From: Glaucostegus cemiculus
Taxonomy: Eukaryota
Direction: 5' to 3'
DNA: 64,000 bases
Assembly: GCA_976551045.1 (NCBI GenBank)
Contig: CDPCPM010000033.1
Coordinates: 2,170,001 to 2,234,000 of the forward strand
Shown: positions 36,607 through 49,292 of the stretch, in pieces
How positions within the stretch are numbered: the first letter of the stretch is position 1
Layout: the number at the start of each line of letters is the position of its first letter
The notes under the pieces: model-generated
What the model saw: only the letters and a program-made list of their open reading frames with translations
The model's database searches: none
What the model was told of the DNA's origin: nothing
Made by a program: the position numbers and the translations under genes

Positions 36607-39600
36607 AGAAGCTCAACTGCTTCTAGCAACCATCTGTATTGGGTTTGATCTAATACCTATTCAAATCAACATTGAACTGGAGTCAAAAAAACATGTTTAA
36701 AGCAACAGGGCCATTAACTTGCTGATTCTAAATGTAACCATCTTGTTAGAAGTAATTTTAAACTCATATCTACTTCTCTCCTCCCAGTGGAATGTTTAGT
36801 CAATAAAAGTAGCACCATATTTTGTTGGAATGCCTTGATAGATAAGTTTAAAGTCTCTTCTGGTGTAAATTCAACAATAATTTCATTATGTTACTCAGAT
36901 GGGGATGAGAATGCTCTAGGATATAGGATATCTTATTCTGGATGGTGAAATAAGTTTGTCCAGTCTTAACACTCTGCATCCTCACTGCTTTCACATTTCC
37001 TTAACAGCCGATTAAAAGCTTCATGGGGATCGATGGATTTCTCCCAACCTCTGGCCGGGTATCTTGCGAAAAGTGAATTTCAAACTAGCATGTGTATCTC
37101 ACATGTTATAATTTCTCAAATACATAGAGGTGTTCATCAGCAGATTAACATCAAAGAACTACGAGCACAGAAACCTGCTAGTGAAGATACATAAAGAGAC
37201 AAGAAAGGGAATTCTCCTAGTTTTGAAAATCCTTGGTAGTCAGAACTTAAAACCAGTTGGTTATGGCTAAAGGGGAAGGGAAAGAGGCCGGGGAGAAGAA
37301 ATAGGGTTAGGGTTGGAGTGTTGAAGATTGTGCATATTCAATAATAGAAGAAAAATAGATCACAGCAGAAATGTTTGAAAAAGTCCTTTGCAGAATCAAC
37401 AGCAGGACTTCTCTTCAGTTTAACCAGGTAGGTAAGTGTTCATTAATAAAAAAAAAGAATCTGTTTAGGAGTGTTAAAAAGTACAAACAAGTCAAAGCAT
37501 TTGTTCCCTGCGTAATCTACACATCAATTATCCTGCTGGGCTAATTGCTACTTTCTATACCCCAGGTACCTAAGCATTCACACACATTCAGTCTTTCATG
37601 CTCCTGATCAAAAACTGGTAGATTGAGGAGATATGGGGAATATAGCCATTCTTGTCAGGCAGTCATTTACTCATTGCAAGGAGGTGGGATGGAAAGGAAA
37701 GCCATTTCCTGCATCTCGTTGTTACCTGGTGGGGATGCTATTCAGGTAACAAGGATTCTGGCACAAGAGGGAAACAGCTGTGCTTTATACTTCATTTCCA
37801 TTTGAATGAAACTCAGATGAACCTGGACAGAGACCTAGACTTCACCTAGATCCTATTTTCTCTGATCTTTTAGCTCCTGAGAGAAAAGGCCCCCTGACCT
37901 CCTTGCAATCCTATTTCCTATCTAATAATTCACAAAGTTCATGCCGGTAAACAATTCAGCACAGCTCAAAGCACAGATGCTGTTCAAAATGTGTCTTCGT
38001 ACTGATTTTGCTCATTGTCTTTAGGAACATGAATAAAAAGGCCAGTGTGGAACAATTTATTTTGGAAAGGCTCCAAAGATCTGATTTTGATGGTTCTGTA
38101 CAGCAAGCAGAGCAACACCTTATCAAATGTGGCCACATAGTCACTCAACAGAAGGAATTTGATACTGTTCATATGGGTGTAACATTGTTATGTGTAATTA
38201 AATAATAACAAGACTCCTTGGGTTAGGATGAATATTTTCTAAGATGTTAATTCCTACTTTATTTTTTGAAAGTGTGTATAATTCATAAATAGATTTTTTT
38301 GGTCATTTTTTCCTTCCAGTCCAAAAAAAACATTTTTTTTCTTTCTAAAGTATTCCATTGCAAGCAACATCCATCCAGCATCCATCCTTTATTATTCTGT
38401 TCAGTGTATGTCACCCAGATAATGTCTCCTCAGTGTATCATTTGTACAAAAGTGCAAATACTGAAAATAATGGCTGGGATCCTCAAATCAGCTTTGGAAT
38501 ATAATGCTCTGTAGAAATAGGATACGCTGCCCTACCAAAAGTATGTTTAATTTGCAAATTTTAAGAATTAGTCCCTTGAACACGTAGACTGAGTAGTATT
38601 TGCAGACGGACCAATCTGTAGACCCAGGCTGAAACTGAGGCTTTTGTGACGGAAAGGCTTTGTGTTCACTTTGGATGTGTGTGCCAGTTTAATTTGACCC
38701 CACTGGCTCAGTACCATCAAATTATTAAAGGTGGATTTCCTCAACTAAAGGCTGCTGATCCAGGTCCCTGGGATGTATCCAATTCACAAGCAAAGATGAC
38801 AAGGGAAGGCCATCAAATGGATTAAAATGCCAACTTTTACAGGGAAGGAGAGCAATATAATGAGAATTTCTACAAATGTTGGCTTCCAAGGATAATTTTA
38901 CTCTGACTGCTTTGGCTCATCACATTTATTTCATAGAGCTATCCAAATGATCATGTAGAAGCACTGTCATAGAGATATTATGATACAGACAATCTACTAC
39001 CTGTTTTGGTGAGTGCCAGCAATTGAGAAATAGCAATTTTAGGATTGACCTTGTCTAGGCTTCCAGAGGAAGTTATTATCTCCAGATGTGGATTTTTGTG
39101 GCAGATCAGACCAAATTTTGGACCACATCAATTTTGCAGCAACCATTGACTGTTGACATTGTGACCTGGATACATTAAACAGTACTCTCACATGAAGAAG
39201 CTGCATTAAATAGTTCTCTAAAAGAATGCAAAACAACCTTGAGTAATTCAGATTGTTTTCCATCTGCATATCACTGATATTCTGATTTTTCCAGGAAGGT
39301 AAAAGGAATCTGTGGGAAAAATTGCTGGGAGCGCTCACAATTTTAATTAGGTATTGTGTTACAGATTTTTTTTAGCAAACTAAAGACTGGCAAAAGCAAA
39401 ACTTTTAGTCCTACAGTTCTCATTTAGTTTACATGGTAAAAGGAAACAACTGCTATTAAATTACTCTTTGAAACATTCTTTACTTATAACTCAAGCTGTG
39501 TGGAACTGGGTTGTGTTGAAACAGTGTTCAACATATGCTTGATGTGTTAGCATATAAATTAGTCTTTACTAAATATATATTTAGCAAGTGGATTGAATTT

Positions 39601-39797
39601 GAAGCATGAGGTTAAAGATATTTGGAGTAGTGCATTTATGGGGTGCTATAAATGAATAATTGAAAATGTAAGTTATCTTATTTTTACTGTGTGCAGTATA
39701 TGGGATACCAACGGAAAAGGGTCTGTTCATGCCATTCTAATGGAATTTTTACTACCCTGTCACAAGCAAGTTACTTGCTATATTAAGCACAGTTCTT

Positions 39798-39799
<2 letters not shown>

Positions 39800-39831
<32 letters not shown>

Positions 39832-39855
39832 CTCTCACATTCTCTTTCTCTCTGT
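39800..39855. repeat. (CT)n microsatellite with degenerate pyrimidine extension
   Basis: Directly visible. Confidence 0.9.
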
Positions 39856-42681
39856 CCCTCACCCTCCCCTCCTCTATCACTCTTCTTCTCTCTGTCTACC
39901 CTTCCCACTGCTGTACGTAAGTAAGAATACTTATTTTTTCCTGTATTTATATCATTATTTGATAATGCAGTCACCCATTTGAAAGGTAACCTCAGTTTAA
40001 ATTATATGTAATGCATCAATATATGGTTCTCAGCATTGCTTATCTTCCTTTATTCCCTTGTAAGATGGTAGCACTAATGACTTGCCAAATGTTCATATCT
40101 CAGATGATGTAGTGGGGAGGGACTTCTAGTAATAGAGGGATTTGCACATGCGAAAACATTTAGGGCTCCTCTATAAGAGAAAGGAAGCTGATAGCAATGC
40201 AGTGTGACTATCTGCCTGACTTTTGCCACACCCTGTGTTGGACTGATGAGCACCAGTTTACTGCCCACGTCAGCAGATTCCAGTACCTGAGAGATAGGGT
40301 TCAGCAGACTGCTGATGGCATCGGGCCATACAGGCCTCCCAGAACAGCTGAAACTAACAGGAAAGGGATTGGAATCTGAATGCTGCAAGAGGCCAGGCTT
40401 CAGAGAAAGGCCACAGATAAGTGTTTCAACTTTTGAACAGTTACATCCATAACGGACAGATTTCCACAAGTGCCATACAATGTGCTGTGTGGAATCCTCA
40501 AGTCAATGTTTCAGTCATATGTTGTGGGATGGTGTAGAACCTTATATAAAAGCTGGAAAAATATATTCTTTGAAGTCAGTTGAGAGAAATGAGGCAGCAG
40601 GTGTGTAAAAGCAAATAAGTGTTAGGTGAATGCTAATAGCACAAAAGTAAGCTTGAATATCATACCTTAAGCAAAATAAAAGGTGAAAGAAGTTTAATGA
40701 AATAAAAGTGGATTATATAGCACCTTCTCCCTAAATGGCATAAGGTCTCACTTTAGTAGATTAAGCTGCTGATACTAGATCTTGGCCTGAATTAAACTCA
40801 AGCGAACAACCTTCCACATGTCACATAGACAGGTGAAATAAAGTGGAAATAAGATCAAGGTTTCTGTTCCAGTTCACAACAGGTGAAGCATTTTGGATTA
40901 TTTATATTTGATTTGGTTGCAAATTGAGCAGATTGACATATCACAGAAATATATTGATTCCATAGTCTTATGCAGGAGGGTGTGTGCCATTTTGCTTGGC
41001 TTCTACAAACATTCTGAATTTTCACATGATTTCATGTTTCAGATATTAAGGTGTATTCACACAGAGCTTACCCTCAGCTATGTAAAAAGTAATGTAATGT
41101 CTATGACAGTATAAACTGCACAGGGCCAGTTCATTGATGCCATGCTCCTCAGCAAAGGGCTGTACTTGCAGAGAATATCTGGGATACAGCACCCAGTGCC
41201 AATTTTCCAGCATGTTCTTCTTTCAGTATGAGATCAATGAATGTAATTGCAAAGGCTTGATGGTCTAAATGAACATTTTTTGGCCTGTGTACATACTTTG
41301 TAATGATTAGATTGTGTGAAATACCACAAGCAAGTCAGATGCTGTTGTCACTGATGTGCACACTCTCCAGTACGGGCCATTGAGCAGGAACTGGGAATAG
41401 ATATCTGGGTAGTATTTGTTCTTTGTCCTTTTGCCTAGAAATAGTGAGCCTTATTCCAGTGCCCCTTGTATGTTCTGATTGATTCAGTTAAGTTTGCAGG
41501 AAAACAGTTACTATGTCTGCTTGGGTCTGTACCATACTGCATGACACTTGAGCCACTGAACCAATGAAATGTTGCAAGAGAAAAAGTTCACACCACTAAC
41601 TTGTTTCAAACTGAGGAATTGAAATTTCTAGTATGCTGCTTTCAAAATCCTTAATGGCTTGGCAGCACAGAAGTAAGCAAGTGTTGTACTTTGCAAACTA
41701 TAAAGACTTCCCTTTGAGGTTGCAGTGATAGTGCAGATGCTTAGAGTGTATGTGTGTGTGTATTTACATGTGTGCTTGGCTGCATATATCTCTAAATAGA
41801 CAGGGAATTAAAATACATTTTAAAATGATGAAAATAACAAGTATATAGATGCTATTCTTGGCTGTTATTAAAATGTGCATTTGGTAAGTCATTAAAACAT
41901 TTCAAGATCGAACTCAAAAGTGTTAACTAATTGAATACTACCATTACCAAAAAGTTATTGTAAGATTGTATCCTGATGCCTTGGAGTTACATACAAGAGA
42001 CCATCATTTAAATTACAATGGCATGATACTTGAAGACACACCTTATGGTCAATCATGGTGTTCCAAACGATAACAAATTTGAGTCCGCTGGGTCCTTGTT
42101 TGTTACAACTGTGCTGCCATTGCCCCAATTAATCATAATATGTTGACCAGTGAGGTATAATAGGTTGTTTGATGAATAAATGCACTATAGCATAATAAAT
42201 GCTTACAAGTGACTTCAGCTGCTTTGCAAATAAATCCATAGTGAGAATCTTCAGCAACAAATTTGGAAAATAAACAACTAACTTGGTAATAGCAAATGGC
42301 AAGTTGAGCTGTGAATGTGCTCCGGCTGGTTGCTTACTTCTCAATGTTTTTTTTCCATACCTGTTCAAAATCTGCCAGTTTTCTTCCTGTTTGCACCAGT
42401 GTATCGAGGGGAGGAGTTCAACAAAAATACTGATTAAATTATGCATGGGAGCAGATAAGATACTTAATTTAGTCACTGCCTTTTTAAAAGCCGTAGGAAG
42501 CTAAAAAGAGACCTTTATTTTCTAAAAAGAAATTGGCCCCTTTGTGACAGCAAAGTACCAGCTTGCACACAGGCGAAACTGTAACAATTTTATATTCTCA
42601 ACGTTTTGTGTGTATTTGGTTAGTTACAGTAATTATGCCCAATAACTGACAGCCGAAATCACGTAGGGGAAGGCAGACTGC

Positions 42682-42821
42682 NNNNNNNNNNNNNNNNNNN
42701 NNNNNNNNNNNNNNNNNNNNNNNNNNNNNNNNNNNNNNNNNNNNNNNNNNNNNNNNNNNNNNNNNNNNNNNNNNNNNNNNNNNNNNNNNNNNNNNNNNNN
42801 NNNNNNNNNNNNNNNNNNNNN
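42682..42821. other. N run (140 bp): gap or masked sequence
   Basis: Directly visible. Confidence 0.98.
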
Positions 42822-42900
42822 AAAGCTGATAGGATGTGGTCGCTGGCTCACCTGTGTGACAAACAGTTTTTTTTTCCTTGCTCTTTCGACCTGAGACCTA

Positions 42901-43043
42901 NNNNNNNNNNNNNNNNNNNNNNNNNNNNNNNNNNNNNNNNNNNNNNNNNNNNNNNNNNNNNNNNNNNNNNNNNNNNNNNNNNNNNNNNNNNNNNNNNNNN
43001 NNNNNNNNNNNNNNNNNNNNNNNNNNNNNNNNNNNNNNNNNNN
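42901..43043. other. N run (143 bp): gap or masked sequence
   Basis: Directly visible; only 79 bp from the previous run. Confidence 0.98.
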
Positions 43044-45649
43044 TACTTGACGGGGGTTTTGTGCATTTGTTGTAAGATAGAACATGTGTGGATGTGTGCA
43101 CAGATGGCTGAGTGTTATGGGGTGAGAAAAGGTGGTACCTCCGAACAGTTGAACAAACCTTGCTTTGCTAGCCTGTTGCTTAGGATTGAGCAAATAATGG
43201 GACTTTAATTGAATTAAAGACCAGCTTCAGTCAGTGCCTCATGACAGAAATTATTGAATCTCTCCTTTCTCATTGTTCCATTTACACATCGCTGAATTTC
43301 CTGCTTTTGTGCTTGTCTTCCCTGCCATAAAGCAAGACCCGTAATGTATTGAGCGTCTGCTTCTGTGCTTTTCACTTCTGTCACTTCTTGCCTAGTTTGG
43401 TGGGTTGTGAGGTGAGCCTGGTACAGTCAGCTGCATCTTTGTCAGTTTAACAAGGTCCAAAACTCCCTGGAAACCTAGCAGACAATGACCTCATTTCCAA
43501 TTTGCAAATGCGTACACCTCCCCATTGAGCCATTCAGGTGATTAACATACTTCCAAATCCTTTTTTCTAAGCACGACAAATTTGCTTTCATCCAATCAGG
43601 TGAATGTCCGTTAACATCCCATGCAACTGATGGGCTGGAAAGCAACACATTGCCTGTGAGCCGTGCCAGACAGAGAAGGCTCTTGTTAATTCCCAGCACC
43701 AGAAATAAATATGATTCTTAGCTGAGAGGATTACAAGGCATTTGAGTATAGGCTGCCCCAACCAGAAGTGAACTTTGTATTTTTTTTATAAAACAACTGC
43801 TTTGCTGCTGATGGAAGGTGCTCGTTTTGAATCTTTAGCTGCATGGGATCATGAGGGTTTATTTGCAGTAAGTTATTTCCTTGTGGACCCAGCTGTCAGT
43901 TCTTCATTTAAAGGTATGATTTGATTTTAGTCACCCCTGTATAAGCTATTTTGTAAAGGAAGTTCCAGTGAAAGTTGAGATTCACTGAGGAAAAGGCTGA
44001 AGGCAACACTGGCTGAGTGACTTTCATTACCGTTGCTCTTGGATGCAATATTTTATGCCTTAGGTGGAAACAAAAGACCCCCGAAGCCCTCTAACTCATT
44101 ATTAGTATTCTTGGTTTGATTGATAATTTATTGAAGGGGGTTTTTGGTGAGCTTTGCTGGTCAGTTTCAAGTAATTTTACTATTGATACAGTGAAAAAAT
44201 GTGATCTTTCATTCCAGTGCCGCCTGATTCTATTTGCATGTATATTAATCAACAATAAGCCCAGGATTGACTTGTGGCCTTGAATTGGAGATGATCCAAT
44301 GGTTCAGGTACCACTCCCTTTGGGAGAATAAAGCATGCTGAGTGCAAGTGAAGCAAACCAGGAGCTATACTGGATAGTCAGAATGCTTAAAATAAAATGT
44401 ATCATAACCTTTAATCTAAAAGCTTCAAATTGTTCTTTCAGTATTTAGCAGAGAGTATATTTCGGCAATGCTTTTATCATAATTTAAAGTTGCTGTTTTT
44501 TTTTCTAAAAGCATTGCTATGCAAGCTGGCATATAAAGATGATGATCTGTAAAGGCAGGAGGTTTAATGCTTTATAGGAGATCAGATCTTTACAATGTTA
44601 TATTTTTGCTTTATTTTCCCCCGCATTTGACTCTATTATTTAAATTCCATTCAGATGAAGACAATCGAATCAGCTGTCAGCTCTATTTACAAGCCTGCAA
44701 TTAATGCTTTGTCTTCACTTGATGCCCCCATGCCATCTAATTTGCTTGGTCACAAGTCAGGAAACAGTTTGGCGCGATGACGTCTTTGCCGAGCGTGATC
44801 GTCATTGCTGAACGTGTGTGATTTGTGGTGCAGCAGTGGTGCCAATTAGATGACCCCATTATTAGAAAGCCTGGGCCACTCTGAAGGTTGTGCACTTTGC
44901 CAAAATGGTTGTCTGTGTTGCAACAAGGTTCTTAAGCTGTGCAAAACATTTTGGTAAGGTGTAACATTATCATATAGAGACTGTGGCAAAATGATAGCAG
45001 AAATACATGTGCTTCTGAGTGGGAGATAGAATGGAATCAGTCAGTACTGAGGTCCATTCACACTGTCTTTTCATCTGTTACTCTGATCTGACCCATTAGA
45101 TGAGCAATGGTAGCCTTTCATCTTGGACCAGGCAGTGATAATAAAGGAGTGGCCAAATTCACTCTATTTACTTCCATAATTATTTGGTGATGGACTGCAT
45201 TGGGACCTGTGGGAGAAATAAGCTGTCCAGTCTCCTGGCCAAAGGCAATTGATAAACAACATTCATTAGAAAATTGATGGGCTGCTTCTGTGTGGGGACA
45301 GGGAGGGCTAGTGGTGGAGAGTCAAGGACCAGGGAAGAAACCTAATTAATATAAGCTGAATTTTAACCCTAACTGATTGATAGTTTAAAGCAAATTAAAG
45401 TAAGTTATACATACAGACAACTCTGTATGTCTTGAAATACAATTTGCTCACTTAAGCCCACCTAAAATTTTTATTAACATACAGGCATTTTCTAACATTA
45501 GTTTTGAATCGTAGAGGCGTGGAGTCACACAGAATGGAAGCAGGCCTTTTAGTCCAACTCGTCCATGCCGATCGAGGTGTCTTCGTTCTTATTTTCCTGA
45601 CTCAAAACACAATTAAATGTCTCCTATCAAAGTCTACATATGTACATAC

Positions 45650-46075
45650 AAGCATCGGAATTAGGAAGCCACTTGGCCCATTAAGTCTATTCTGCTATTT
45701 AATAAGATTATGGCTAATCTGATTGTAACCTCAACTCTGCATTCCTGTCTACCCATGGTAACCTTTCACTTGCTTATCATACACCTATCTGTCTCTGTCT
45801 TAAAAACGTTCAAAGACACCACTTCCACCACCCTTTGAAGAACTCAGTTGTAAAGACTTACAACCCTCTGAGAGAAAGAAAAACTCTGCCTCATCTCTGC
45901 TTTAAGTAGGTGACTACTTATTTTAAGTAGTGAACCCTAGTTTTGAATCTCCCTCAAGAGGAAATATTCTCTCTATATCCACCCTGACAAGACCCCTCAG
46001 CAAGTTGTATGTTTTAATCAATTCCCTTTTACTCTTCCAAGCATCAGAAAATGCAAGTCTCTAATGACATCCTGT
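45650..46075 (-). mobile_element. Old CR1-type LINE 3' fragment
   Basis: aggaagccacttggcccattaagtct..ttccaccaccctttgaag..acaaccctctgagagaaag; reverse complement resembles FSQRVV.LWNSLPQRVVE. Confidence 0.65.
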
Positions 46076-46091
46076 ATAATAGTGACAAAGG

Positions 46092-46400
46092 CCATAGAGT
46101 CATACAGCATAGAAACAGGCCATTCAACCCACGGAGTTTTCCCTGACCATCAAGCATCTGTTTACACTAATTCTATTTTTTTTTCCCTGGATTCTAGCAC
46201 TCACCTATACACTGGGGCCAATTTACAGTGGGTGTGTTACCTGCCAGTTCACACATCTTTGGGAAGTGGGAAGAAACACCTGAAGGAAGTCAACTCAGTC
46301 ACAGGGAGTGTATGCAATCTCCACACAGACAGCACTAGATGTCAGGATTGAACCTGGGATGCTGAAGCTGTGAGCCAACACTGTAATACTTGTGCCACCT
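46092..46400 (-). mobile_element. HE1-type tRNA-derived SINE (elasmobranch V-SINE)
   Basis: Minus strand has B box cccagGTTCAATCCtgac, central tgctgtctgtgtggag..tgca, and CR1-like tail ggcctgtttctatgctgtatgactctatg. Paralogous to 54185-54492. Confidence 0.8.
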
Positions 46401-46419
46401 AGCCCTCCTTGTCTTACTT

Positions 46420-47515
46420 GACTTGTCTGCTGCCTTTGACACAATTGGCCACATCCATCGTTTCTAATACCAAGAATGCACTCACCCATGTTCGTTCCCA
46501 TCTATCCATTTGTAATCAGATAGTCACCTGCAAGTGTTGCCTGAATCCTCATTAGTGTCTGTGGTGTCCCCCAGAATCTATCTTTGGCCTCTCCTATTAG
46601 GCATCAGCATTAAAACCTTTGGAAACATTAATGGAAAGGAAAACATCCGTTTCTGCAGGAATGTTTGTGACATTCCTACTTCACCTCCTTTCATCATTCC
46701 ACTCCCTCTAAATTGTCTGCAACTTATATAGCATATAGCATTGATTGAGCAGTAATTTCCTTCAACTAAGATATGCTTAGAATCCCTGTCACAAACTCTG
46801 TTTCCCTGGCCTCTGATTCCACACCGTCTCTTTATCTATCTGAAACAGAACTGAAATGTTTGCAACCTTTCTGCAACATCTCTCCCTGGACCATATAGTT
46901 GCAACATCACTGAGACCAACTGGTTCCACCTCGAAAACACCACTCTGATCTGAAATTGCCTTAATTGATCTGCTGCTGAAACTGTCATCCACAACTTTAT
47001 TACCTTAGGCCCGTAATTTTAGTTCATTCCTGGCCATCTTCTTTCACTGGATTCTTCAGAAGGTTGAGGTGATTGAAACCCCCTCTACCCATATCACAAC
47101 TGGCACCATGTGCTGGAACCCAATACTTACATGCTTTCTGACTTACACTGTCTTTCACCTATGCAATAGCTTGATGTTAAAATTCTCACCCATTTTCAAA
47201 TCCCATCTATAGCCTTAGCCAGCTTTGTCACTAGTTCCAAAACCCAGTGAACTTTCTGTGCTCCTCTAACTCTTGGTCATCCCCAAATTCTGTCTTTGGC
47301 AGGTCTGCCTTAAGCATTCTTTTCCTTAAATCTCACCACCTCCACACCTTCCTTTCCTCCTTTAGGATGATTTTTGCAATTTGTCTCTCTATATCAGCTT
47401 ACATCACTTTATATTTCCTTGCGGCTTGGCAACAAACTTCATTGGCTAATTCTCATGAAGCACCTTGGGATGTTTTCTTGTGTTAAAGGGACTACATAAT
47501 TACAAGTTGTTGTTA
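46420..47515 (+). mobile_element. Heavily decayed L2-type LINE fragment
   Basis: ttgacttgtctgctgcctttgacaca (LDLSAAFDT), ggtgtcccccagaatctatc (GVPQ.SI), and tail tgaagcaccttgggatgtt..aattacaagttgttgtt. Confidence 0.6.
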
Positions 47516-49218
47516 AAGATACTTAAGAGCCATCACTGGAATACCTACCCTCAGTAATCACGCAAAGACCTGATCAAACAGTTCAAAATATACAAAAGGG
47601 GAGCAGATACTAATGTATATTTTATTCAAGATTATGGCTAGCACCTTCCAGAGAAGGTGTTTATTACCCAACTGGGCCAAATGACATGTTTCTGTGCTGT
47701 AAATTCTTTATATTTCTTTGCATATAACGAGACAAGGAGGACTTCAGTCCTGATGTTCTGCACATTTTTAACAACACAGCAACTGGATGTATTGTAGGAC
47801 ATTATGGTTACTGTAAAACTTACGAAGAAAAACTGCCTGGAAAATCTCTTTTATTTTGCAAGGGGTAGCGTTGTGTGTCATTTCCACAATAATGATGATA
47901 TCAATTTCTAGTGATGCAATGGCATGTTGAACATGATTTGCACATTTGCAAACAAATGAAAAATGGTTTGCCAAACATGGTGTTGTTAATGCAACATGTC
48001 CTTGCAACCCTTTATTCTGATAGAATAAAGCCATTTTGAGGTGGAACTGTCTTTTTTCAAGCCAGCTTTTTGCAAAAGCAGCTAGATAATTGTTTCTCTG
48101 ACAATCTCACTAAAGCCATTTAGTTTGTGTAGGTGTCTGGCTGGCTGAGCCTGAATTTCAATGGTTTAGAAAAATGTTATAGGAACACAGCAGCCTTAAA
48201 AGTGCACAGTAAGTCTGTTCCCATTGAGACATTTTATCTTATCACCATGTACAGTTTAGAAAGAGAAAAACAAATACTGGACCAAAGCACACACAGCCTT
48301 CAGAAATATATTTACTTTGTTTTATTTCATATACATTGTACTTCAATGAGAAGAGCCGGAAGGAGCAGTGTAGGCAAACATTTTCTTGGACTTATGAGAG
48401 CATCTGTATTGCGGTTTAAAATGAGAAAATAAAATCACAGGAGTGAGTTAATATGGTATTGCTTATGTGTGGGTGCATGCTGTACCAAAATCATACTTAG
48501 AGCATTATTTATTTATATTTCAGCATAGCTTGCAGCAAGATGGAAGCTCAAATTTTATTTTCTGTTTTATCATAAAAGGGTGGCTAATCTACAACCACAT
48601 TTGTGTGACATTTTTTTAAAATATTTAGGTTTTATTCCTTTATGTTTTAAAGTTGAAATTGGTGTTTGGTATCTTGTCCTGTTGAAGGCTGAAGCCCTGT
48701 TACATGTACTTTTTAAAATATCTCCAAGATGTTCTCTTGTGATACACACTATGATATATACCGGCAGAGCAAGGTTATTGTTTTTGTTATAAAAACAAAA
48801 CTTGTGGTAGGAAAATTGAAAAAATCATTTGACTAGATGGGCTTCCCTTCAGCAAATGTGCCATTGAAACTTATGGCTTGGAAGAGGCATTAATCTATTT
48901 TTTCATGTTAGAAATAACTTAAAGGAAATTTGCACCACAGAAGTTGGAGAAAATTATTTTTTTAATTTTACTAAACATTTTCTTCACATAACTTGAAAAA
49001 ACAGATAGAATATTATAAGTCAGGCACTTTTGGGCTTGAGTGATTTTGTTAGAAATTGGGGTGGGGGAGGTTCCACTATGGAAATCTTTCCAATGGATCT
49101 CAGTGAGATTTCTACACGTTTAGTTTGCTGGACTTTGCAGTCGTTCACTTGGCAGGCATTTTACATTGTTCTGGAACTAATACGGGGCCATTGTTTACTC
49201 TGGGCCAGCAAATGGACA

Positions 49219-49292
49219 TCTCCCTCTTTCTCTCTCTCTCTCTTTCTCTCTCACTCTGTCTCTCTCTCCCCCCCCCCCTCTCTCTCTCTCTT
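49219..49292. repeat. CT-rich microsatellite with internal poly-C
   Basis: Directly visible. Confidence 0.85.

Noticed and set aside
37409-37437. Possible microexon ttctcttcAG|TTTAACCAG|GTAGGT or GTAAGT donor
   Set aside because: Short pyrimidine tract and an in-frame TAA in phase 1; such matches are expected by chance in a 50-kb intron without RNA evidence
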